Positions 5,307 through 10,733 of a stretch of 10,733 nucleotides of DNA are shown piece by piece (the first letter of the stretch is position 1; each line of letters starts with the position of its first letter). A program made the position numbers and the translations under genes. Under the pieces are notes generated by a model that saw only the letters and a list, made by a program, of their open reading frames with translations, was not told the DNA's origin and did not search any database. Source of the DNA: a virus (taxonomy: Duplodnaviria > Heunggongvirae > Uroviricota > Caudoviricetes); IMG/VR virus record IMGVR_UViG_2740892112_000004, positions 1 through 10,733 of that record. One strand, given 5' to 3'.

Positions 5307-6701
5307 CAGTGGTCCTACATCATCACCGTCAATGTAGATCACGTCGTCTTTTTCCAGTTTGGCTAACCATCGTTTAAGGTGTTTTGTGTCATACCCCAGC
5401 TTTTTCATATCGTCACGTAACAGCGGGATCGTGCACTTGTCGCCGTGCTGTGTGCGTGAACGTATGCATCCCCATAGCGCGGTATGGTTTTCCGTCTTGT
5501 TGCCTGCCTCCTCGATGCGCTCCAGTTCAACGGGAGGGCGCGGCTTATCCACCACCACCAGCGACGTGATTAACTCCCCGTCAGCGTCGGTAAAAAGCTC
5601 CACCACGCGTAAGTCATATGCGGCTTCTTTGAGTTCCTCCGCGTCCTTCATTTTGGTGCATGAGATAACCAGCGCTTCGCTTCCTGCGTCCTCCCTGCGT
5701 ATCCGGTATTCAGCATCCAGCGAAGCACGAAATGCACTGGAACCGCGCGCGCCTTTCGTCTCATCCTTGCCGGAATGGTGAACCACCAGCACCGTGGCCC
5801 CTGTGCGTCGTTTCAGTTCGTCACAACCACGGATAAACGCCCCCATATCACGGGAATCATTTTCATCATTACCACCAAAGCAACGCGCCAGCGTATCCAG
5901 AATAATCATGCGAACAGGTTTACCCGTTTCCCTCTCCACCTGACGGGCAGCGATAACCATTTCATCAACATCAAGCGGGACCGCCGGAAAGATGGGACGG
6001 TTTACCAGATACAGATTTTTCACCTGCTCACCGTGCACAACCTCCCAGGCTTTTACACGACGCGGAACGCCGATACCGCCTTCACCAACCACATAGAGAA
6101 CAGCGCCATGCGCCACCCTGCGGCCTCCCCACTGACGGCCCGTGGAAACGTGACACGCCCACGAACCCGCAAGGAATGATTTATAGGAACCGCTTGCCCC
6201 GTATATGCTGCATAGCGACGATGCCGGAATAATCCCCTTTACCACGTAATCTAATTGCGTGTCGTATCCGGCAGATCCAACGCTCATCGGTAGCGTGGTT
6301 TTTCGCTGGTGGTGTTCTTCCCCTGGCTTTTTCCCCCGCTCCCGTTCCAGATATTCGCGCCAGTTCTCCCGCTTCTGGCCGTGTATCCCTTCGGGGTAAT
6401 AATTCGCATCAGTTACGCCCGCCGCCGCCAGCTTGTGCGCAATGGCATTAATATTTGATGGCCTGATGTGGCCTGCCTTGTACAGCCGGACACAATAGCG
6501 CCCCTCGTCGATGATTCTCAGGTCTGCCAGTTCATCCAGTTGATCATCAGCCAGCACAATGGGAGGCACATTATCGCCAGCCAGTCGCCCGTCCTGTTCC
6601 TGCCACTGTTTCGCATGTGCCCACGCATCACTACCCGCAAAAATGATGACTTCGGTCATCTTGTCGTAAGGCTGTTTTTTTAAGTTCGGTGCGCTTTTCA
6701 T
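5304..6701 (-). CDS. Replication initiator/helicase, RepA-like (AAA_25-type RecA-fold ATPase), 465 aa
   Basis: Walker A-like GASGSYKS, Walker B-like RMIILDTLARCF, VLVVHHSGK motif typical of RepA/DnaB-like helicases. C-terminal about 80 aa could be a DNA-binding domain (inference). AGGGG SD. ATGA overlap with the upstream ORF. Confidence 0.75.
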   Translation of the reverse strand: MKSAPNLKKQPYDKMTEVIIFAGSDAWAHAKQWQEQDGRLAGDNVPPIVLADDQLDELADLRIIDEGRYCVRLYKAGHIRPSNINAIAHKLAAAGVTDANYYPEGIHGQKRENWREYLERERGKKPGEEHHQRKTTLPMSVGSAGYDTQLDYVVKGIIPASSLCSIYGASGSYKSFLAGSWACHVSTGRQWGGRRVAHGAVLYVVGEGGIGVPRRVKAWEVVHGEQVKNLYLVNRPIFPAVPLDVDEMVIAARQVERETGKPVRMIILDTLARCFGGNDENDSRDMGAFIRGCDELKRRTGATVLVVHHSGKDETKGARGSSAFRASLDAEYRIRREDAGSEALVISCTKMKDAEELKEAAYDLRVVELFTDADGELITSLVVVDKPRPPVELERIEEAGNKTENHTALWGCIRSRTQHGDKCTIPLLRDDMKKLGYDTKHLKRWLAKLEKDDVIYIDGDDVGPL

Positions 6702-6997
6702 TTCTTGCCCCTGAATCCGTTAATCATGGTTTTCAGCTTCTGGATGTTTGCCCGTGCCCTGGCGTTGCTGGTGGGCACGTTATGCGGCGCGGTCTGTACC
6801 AGAGAAAAATCACGCCGGAACTGATAAACAGGCATCACGCAATCATATTCGTAACCTTCACGGCGGTAAGTTACGCACCGTCCCGCCACGCCCTTAATCA
6901 TTACCGTGCCGCCGTACTGGTCGCGGTAAATATCACCGCGCATAAATTTAGGGTGAGTGTTGCCACTGGCAGTTAAGCCAGAATATTTAAGTTTCAT
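6698..6997 (-). CDS. Hypothetical protein, 99 aa
   Basis: ORF translationally coupled to the helicase gene (ATGA overlap); GGAGAA SD. No family recognised. Confidence 0.5.
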   Translation of the reverse strand: MKLKYSGLTASGNTHPKFMRGDIYRDQYGGTVMIKGVAGRCVTYRREGYEYDCVMPVYQFRRDFSLVQTAPHNVPTSNARARANIQKLKTMINGFRGKK

Positions 6998-7002
6998 TAT
7001 TT

Positions 7003-7236
7003 TTATTCTCCGGTGTGCTGTTCGTTATATCTGTCGTGCAATGTCTCTATTTCCTGCAACTCATTTATTACAGGCTCAAGAAGCGTTATTAATGATGTAA
7101 TAATCCGCGTTTTTTTTGCATTACGTTCATTATCGCCAAAGGATTCAAGGCACATCCGCAATATTTCGTACATACCTTCAGCGTAAGCAAGGGCACTAAA
7201 TGCGCGGTCTATTGTTTCAAGATAAATATCACGCAT
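7003..7236 (-). CDS. Hypothetical protein, 77 aa, net acidic
   Basis: ORF starting ATGCGTGAT (MRD), overlapping the upstream stop by 8 nt; GAGGA SD. Confidence 0.45.
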   Translation of the reverse strand: MRDIYLETIDRAFSALAYAEGMYEILRMCLESFGDNERNAKKTRIITSLITLLEPVINELQEIETLHDRYNEQHTGE

Positions 7237-7462
7237 GGCTTACATCCTCAGGAAATTTTCTTCTGTAACGCGCCTCTGCCACATATTCCGCATAATCGGC
7301 GGCGATATTCAGTACATCAAGTCCCGTTGATTTATATTCTTTCGTGGAAAGTAAGAAAAAAGCCGCTCTAATAAGTTCTGGCATTGACGAAAGCGCATCA
7401 GCCGCATCATCAGGAACGCCGGAAAATTCCTGTTTCAGGGAATTAAAACGATCATCACGCAT
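7229..7462 (-). CDS. Hypothetical protein, about 77 aa (start uncertain: Met at 7462 with poly-G SD, or 7489)
   Basis: ORF 7229-7489. The internal ATGCGTGAT start at 7462 overlaps the upstream stop by 8 nt and follows a G8 run on the minus strand. Confidence 0.4.
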   Translation of the reverse strand: MRDDRFNSLKQEFSGVPDDAADALSSMPELIRAAFFLLSTKEYKSTGLDVLNIAADYAEYVAEARYRRKFPEDVSHA

Positions 7463-7694
7463 AACCCCCCCCATTTTCACAATCAGCAATCAGGATAGCT
7501 TTGGCCTCATTCAGCGCCGTATCAGCACTAAATTGCATGACAGCCAGTGAGTGAGGAACGAAAGCACCGGCATATTCTGTTTCGCTGGTGGCGTGCTTAT
7601 GTGCCCTGTCCGCGATAACAGAAATATCAATCAGCGCGTGCATCAGCGTTTTGATGGCTTCGGCGGCTGCGTCCGGTGTGGTTTTATTGTGCAT
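7455..7694 (-). CDS. Hypothetical protein, 79 aa
   Basis: ORF with AGGGGA SD 7 nt upstream of ATG at 7694. The C-terminal GGG codons lie in the C8/G8 tract. Confidence 0.45.
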   Translation of the reverse strand: MHNKTTPDAAAEAIKTLMHALIDISVIADRAHKHATSETEYAGAFVPHSLAVMQFSADTALNEAKAILIADCENGGGYA

Positions 7695-7896
7695 AAAGCA
7701 TCCCCTGAATATTCGTGTTAATCATTCCGGCACGTTTTGTGATTTCCTGTAATGATTCCCTTGTGGCGACAATTGCTTCATCTGGTAAGTGGTAATTACA
7801 CACCACGCGACCTTTATCCACATTGACCAGTAGCTGCCCTGTGAATTTCTCACGAAACTGAATGCGGTTAAGGTCAGTAAGTGACAGATTAATCAT
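7684..7896 (-). CDS. Hypothetical protein, 70 aa (start at internal Met 7896 of the 7684-7938 ORF)
   Basis: Very good AGGAGGT SD 6 nt upstream of the 7896 ATG. Confidence 0.5.
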   Translation of the reverse strand: MINLSLTDLNRIQFREKFTGQLLVNVDKGRVVCNYHLPDEAIVATRESLQEITKRAGMINTNIQGMLYAQ

Positions 7897-8086
7897 GGCG
7901 CACCTCCTGACGAATACGGGCGGCAAATACAGCAACACAACCGGACGGGCAACGGTTACGCGCTTCGCGTTCCGTCCAGGCGGTTACGTGGATGATTTGA
8001 GATTCTCCGGCACTCAGTGCCAGAAAACGCCACACAAAGGCCGTTTGTGTGTGTACAAGGTGTGGTATATGATTTACAGCAACCAT
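7889..8086 (-). CDS. Hypothetical protein, 65 aa, first ORF of the long operon (start at internal Met 8086 of the 7889-8161 ORF)
   Basis: TAGGAG SD 6 nt upstream of the 8086 ATG; downstream of the predicted promoter and leader hairpin. Confidence 0.45.
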   Translation of the reverse strand: MVAVNHIPHLVHTQTAFVWRFLALSAGESQIIHVTAWTEREARNRCPSGCVAVFAARIRQEVRHD

Positions 8087-8117
8087 AACGGCTCCTAGTT
8101 TACGTTGTTGGTTAGAA

Positions 8118-8158
8118 GCCCTGCGAGTGGTAACGACACTTGCGGGGCTTTGTCTTTT
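8118..8158 (+). terminator. Strong 12-bp stem-loop; plus-strand terminator-like (followed by TTTGTCTTTT) and also a 5'-leader hairpin of the minus-strand operon transcript
   Basis: GCCCTGCGAGTG, 7-nt loop, CACTTGCGGGGC (two G-U pairs as RNA), T-rich tract on the plus strand. Confidence 0.35.
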
Positions 8159-8179
8159 CATCGATTACCTTGATAAAGG

Positions 8180-8259
8180 TGTCAGCCACTATATTAGTAA
8201 CGGGTGTCAGCCACGTCAATAGTGTTTTTCCGTTTTCTTGTGTGTATACTGTCAGCCAC
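8180..8259. promoter_or_regulatory. Three direct repeats (G)GTGTCAGCCAC; candidate operator sites in a divergent promoter region
   Basis: TGTCAGCCAC at 8180-8189, 8205-8214 and 8250-8259. The first overlaps the predicted minus-strand transcription start, the second sits in the promoter spacer, the third lies just downstream of a plus-strand TATACT (8245-8250). Confidence 0.5.
8191..8219 (-). promoter_or_regulatory. Sigma70-like promoter for the long minus-strand operon (-35 TTGACG, 17-bp spacer, -10 TAATAT)
   Basis: Minus strand reads TTGACG (plus 8214-8219), a 17-nt spacer, then TAATAT (plus 8191-8196). Predicted start near 8184. Confidence 0.5.
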
Positions 8260-8280
8260 CTAATAACGAGGAAATCAGAT

Positions 8281-8460
8281 ATGGCAACAAAAGCAGTTAA
8301 TGCAAAATCCAAAAAGCTTGAGGCTCGAGTACCACACGCAATAGCTGATGCTGTAGAAAATTTAAAGGAAGATGGCGAAAGTACAGGGCAATTTATCGTT
8401 TCGGCACTTGAAGGCGAGATCAAACGCCGCCAGCGCCGCAAGGCCAAAGAATCAGAATAA
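8281..8460 (+). CDS. Small putative DNA-binding protein, ribbon-helix-helix-like (59 aa; start at internal Met of the 8140-8460 ORF)
   Basis: GAGGAAA SD upstream of ATG 8281. KKLEARVPHAIADAVENL...GESTGQFIVSALEGEI resembles a beta-strand/helix/turn/helix RHH pattern; basic C-terminal tail. Fold assignment is tentative. Confidence 0.45.
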   Translation: MATKAVNAKSKKLEARVPHAIADAVENLKEDGESTGQFIVSALEGEIKRRQRRKAKESE

Positions 8461-8517
8461 TCACTATCAGCGCCGTGGTGTGAGGTATTACGGCGCATTG
8501 CTATGCAGGACAACACA

Positions 8518-8691
8518 ATGACCGATAAAGAATTGACCAAAACATTATCACCGGCACGGAAAAGACGGCGCAGAAAGATAGAGCATGAATCAGAAAGATT
8601 CGCGTCATGTGCTTTTGCCCTTGAGCAATTCCTTAAAGAGTACAGGGAAAAGCGCTCATTGCAGGTATGGCAACGAACTGAACCAGACTGA
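8518..8691 (+). CDS. Hypothetical small basic protein (57 aa; start at 8518, or 8503)
   Basis: AGGA SD 7 nt upstream of ATG 8518. Contains an ARKRRRRK tract. Followed by the terminator at 8787-8814. Confidence 0.4.
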   Translation: MTDKELTKTLSPARKRRRRKIEHESERFASCAFALEQFLKEYREKRSLQVWQRTEPD

Positions 8692-8786
8692 TTGCATTGC
8701 CCACCAGCCTGATAGCGGCTATCATCCCCGTGCTTATGTTTGGGATCACACACACAAACGGCGCAGCGGGTTATCTGTTCAGAAAG

Positions 8787-8814
8787 GCGGCTCCATTTCG
8801 GGGCCGCTTTTTTT
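8787..8814 (+). terminator. Rho-independent terminator ending the plus-strand two-gene module
   Basis: 8-bp GC-rich stem (GCGGCTCC / GGGGCCGC, one G-U), 5-nt loop, then T7 at 8808-8814. Confidence 0.7.
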
Positions 8815-8960
8815 ATACCTGAAAAACCCCAATTTTGTTGTTTTTCAGTTTCACCAGGGCGAACGAATCCCCGCCCACGTTCTGGCGTATATTCAATCTT
8901 CATGGTTATAGCTCTGTGTTCAGATGATTGATGTGTGGCGGCTGCGTGCCGCCAGCGTGA

Positions 8961-9149
8961 TTAATGAACTGCCTTGCAGCTATCCTTCCAGGCCAGAACC
9001 TCGGATAAAGACCAGCCAACGGAACGACCGCCAAGTTTACGACGTGATGGGAATTGTCCGGCCTTTTCCAGGCGGTAGCGACACGTACGGCTAAGGCCGG
9101 TTAGTTTTTCGCATTCTTTTTCACGTATAAACCGATCAGTGCTTAACAC
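8961..9149 (-). CDS. alpA: AlpA-family DNA-binding protein (prophage CP4-57-type regulator/excisionase-like), 62 aa
   Basis: Helix-turn-helix pattern typical of AlpA/Vis proteins (LTGLSRTCRYRLEKAGQFPSRRKLGGRSVGWSLSEVLAW). AAGGGGGGG SD. Lies immediately downstream of int on the same strand. Confidence 0.8.
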   Translation of the reverse strand: MLSTDRFIREKECEKLTGLSRTCRYRLEKAGQFPSRRKLGGRSVGWSLSEVLAWKDSCKAVH

Positions 9150-9482
9150 TATTGCCCCCCCTTTCGTTTCTTAAAGAGTCATCAGGTGTCTTATTGTGTC
9201 GTATTGTTCCCGCTAGAGTGATGAATGGCAAATATTGAGGATGTATGATTTACAGAAAATGAAACAGTAAGAATAAAATCTTTTAAATTCATGTTAATAC
9301 AAAGGCATAAAATATTGTTTCATGCCTTTTTTCTCGCTCTTTAAAGAGTGATTCGCTAGTGTATAAAAAACCAGTGACACATTAAAAATCAGCCACTTAT
9401 AAATCTGTATGCTTTTTCGCCTCTTGTTCGTGGTTGTTCCACATTGTTGCTCATTGTTGCACGTTGTATCTGTTCGCATATA

Positions 9483-9498
9483 CAGTATGCGCATACTG
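9483..9498. repeat. 16-bp perfect palindrome CAGTATGCGCATACTG between int and alpA
   Basis: Read directly; 18 bp downstream of the int stop codon. Confidence 0.5.
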
Positions 9499-9515
9499 AA
9501 AAAACACGAAAAAAA

Positions 9516-10733
9516 TTATTTTCTTCTGGCTACTGGTAGCGTGGTTACGTTTTCATGTGTTCCCGCCAGTATCCCTAACCGCTCCGTCCACATATCCAGC
9601 GCATTGCGTTTAGCATCCAGATAACGGGAATGATTATAAACTCGCTGCATTCCTGGCATCTGGTGGCCTGTAAGCTGCTCCACGACATGCGGATCAACGC
9701 CTAAATCGTTCAGCATGGTTGTAAAGGTGCGCCGGATGTCATGCAGTGACCAGTGAGGATGATTAAGCCTCCTGTGCGCTAATCTTCCATACTGCGATAC
9801 GCTGGCCTCCTGTTTCACTTCCCCCAGCAATAAGCCCGTGTGCCTGTTCTGCTCCACCAGCTGCGTGACGAACGGCAGGATCGCTTCCGGTATGGGCCGG
9901 AATATTGCGACCTTCGTTTTGCTGTGCTCCTTCGGAACGGTCCATAGCATTTCCGTAAAATCCCACTCCCCGATCTCCGATAACCTCAGTTCTACCGTTC
10001 TGGCTCCGAAGACAATCAGGAGGCGGATTAACGCGACGTAGTAAGGGGAGAATATTTTTTTGTCCAGTGCCTGCAATAATTCGCCAAGTTCTTTGTTACT
10101 TAAGACACGTTCGCTTATATCCGGTTTTTTCCCAACGTCCGCCACGTTCAGATCGTCCAGAACGTTGCTGATTGCATAGCGCCGCCTACGGCAGAACTTA
10201 AGCGCCTGTTTGCACGCCTGTAGCACGAATCCGGCAGTAACAGGCGTTCGCTTTGCCACCTGGTCAAAACAGGCCAGCCAGTGCCGTAGCTCGCATTTAT
10301 CCAGCGGCATAGCACCAATCTGCTGTATTACGTGATTATTAAGTCGCCTTTTCAGGGCGATATAATCCACGCGGTTTTCCTTTACGTAATACTCAAGCCA
10401 GTAGGTGAGCGCATCGCCAACCGTTACCGGCTTTAACGCTTCCTGTACGGTGTAATTAAGCTCATGACGTGGATTTTTCCCCTCTGCCAGCCATGCGCGA
10501 CACTGGGCGGCTTTTTCCCTGGCTGATTTCAGGCTCAGATCAGGATAACTTCCCAGCTTAATGCGTTCGGGTCGTGTCTCCCTTCCCGTTCCGGCCCTGT
10601 ATGTGAAATACCAGGTCAATTTCCCTGATGTTAAATATTTCACGCTCAGGTTTCCGCCATCACTATAAAACGTGTTTTTCTCCGCTGGCTTACCATGAAG
10701 TTTCCTTAGCAAGGTATCGCTCAGTTTGTTCAT
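9516..10733 (-). CDS. int: Tyrosine site-specific integrase, P4-type (405 aa)
   Basis: N-terminal arm-binding-type region (DGGNLSVKYLTSGKLTWYFTYR). Catalytic-domain pattern with conserved Arg (FGARTVELRLSE), His/Arg box (WSLHDIRRTF) and C-terminal Tyr region (RVYNHSRY). ATG is the last three bases of the window on the minus strand. Confidence 0.9.
   Translation of the reverse strand: MNKLSDTLLRKLHGKPAEKNTFYSDGGNLSVKYLTSGKLTWYFTYRAGTGRETRPERIKLGSYPDLSLKSAREKAAQCRAWLAEGKNPRHELNYTVQEALKPVTVGDALTYWLEYYVKENRVDYIALKRRLNNHVIQQIGAMPLDKCELRHWLACFDQVAKRTPVTAGFVLQACKQALKFCRRRRYAISNVLDDLNVADVGKKPDISERVLSNKELGELLQALDKKIFSPYYVALIRLLIVFGARTVELRLSEIGEWDFTEMLWTVPKEHSKTKVAIFRPIPEAILPFVTQLVEQNRHTGLLLGEVKQEASVSQYGRLAHRRLNHPHWSLHDIRRTFTTMLNDLGVDPHVVEQLTGHQMPGMQRVYNHSRYLDAKRNALDMWTERLGILAGTHENVTTLPVARRK

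Larger units (their letters stand above)
139..10733 (-). mobile_element. Integrative phage-satellite-like element (PICI/P4-like organisation); right boundary and att site lie beyond the window
   Basis: Gene content and order: integrase, AlpA, divergent regulator module, RepA-like helicase with adjacent iterons, SSB, PerC-like regulator, capsid and small-terminase genes, cos sites. No tail, lysis, portal or large terminase genes. Left edge inferred from where the transporter reading frame breaks down. Confidence 0.6.

Noticed and set aside
5359-6976. Plus-strand ORFs 5359-5781, 5384-5569, 5775-6179, 6468-6683 and 6689-6976
   Set aside because: Antisense to the helicase gene and the 99-aa ORF; low-complexity translations; no start signals.
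8281-8691. Toxin-antitoxin interpretation of the RHH-like 59-aa plus basic 57-aa gene pair
   Set aside because: Only the small size and a possible RHH fold support it. Position opposite the main promoter with operator repeats fits a repressor module better, and the 57-aa protein has no recognisable toxin fold.
8112-8903. 263-aa minus-strand ORF
   Set aside because: Low-complexity, Ser/Arg/Cys-rich translation; antisense to two plus-strand genes with good ribosome-binding sites; crosses the divergent promoter/operator region and a strong terminator. Likely a chance open frame.
8585-8931. Plus-strand ORFs 8585-8911 and 8740-8931
   Set aside because: They overlap the 57-aa gene out of frame or read straight through the intrinsic terminator at 8787-8814.
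9294-9624. ORFs 9294-9494 (minus) and 9409-9624 (plus) in the int-alpA spacer
   Set aside because: AT-rich spacer with palindromes, no ribosome-binding sites, and the plus ORF overlaps the integrase 3' end antisense. Treated as regulatory DNA.
1-10733. Interpretation as a fragment of an ordinary lambdoid prophage
   Set aside because: Integrase type, AlpA, RepA-like helicase with iterons, gene order (gpE before gpD, inverted terS) and lack of any tail, portal or large terminase gene in 10.7 kb fit a satellite far better. Flanking sequence is still needed to exclude it.
1-10733. Search for tRNA/tmRNA, rRNA, IS elements or transposases
   Set aside because: No cloverleaf-compatible sequence, rRNA-like stretch, terminal inverted repeats with a transposase ORF, or DDE/HUH motifs were seen on either strand.

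Overview
This window reads as a nearly complete, compact (~10.6 kb) integrative element of the phage-satellite type (PICI/P4-like layout) from an enterobacterium. All identifications are from reading the sequence and recalling protein families; no database search was run. Almost all convincing genes are on the minus strand. Right to left: a P4-type tyrosine integrase whose start codon is the last base of the window (9516-10733), an AlpA-family regulator/excisionase (8961-9149), a small divergent plus-strand module (8281-8691) ending in a clean intrinsic terminator, a sigma70-like promoter overlapped by three GTGTCAGCCAC direct repeats (8180-8259), and then one long minus-strand operon. That operon holds six small overlapping ORFs, a RepA-like helicase, an iteron array (5103-5306), SSB and a PerC-like regulator. 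A hairpin-rich spacer then separates a capsid module: a lambda gpE-like major capsid protein, a gpD-like decoration protein and two unknowns. Next is a lambda Nu1-like small terminase flanked by two diverged, inverted copies of a lambda-type cos site, only one of which has a recognisable cosB. The left 140 bp look like a truncated membrane-transporter gene, probably the host junction. No large terminase, portal, protease, tail or lysis genes are present, so the element would need a lambdoid helper. The capsid-plus-Nu1-plus-dual-cos combination is the most unusual feature. I found no rRNA, tRNA, CRISPR array or transposase.
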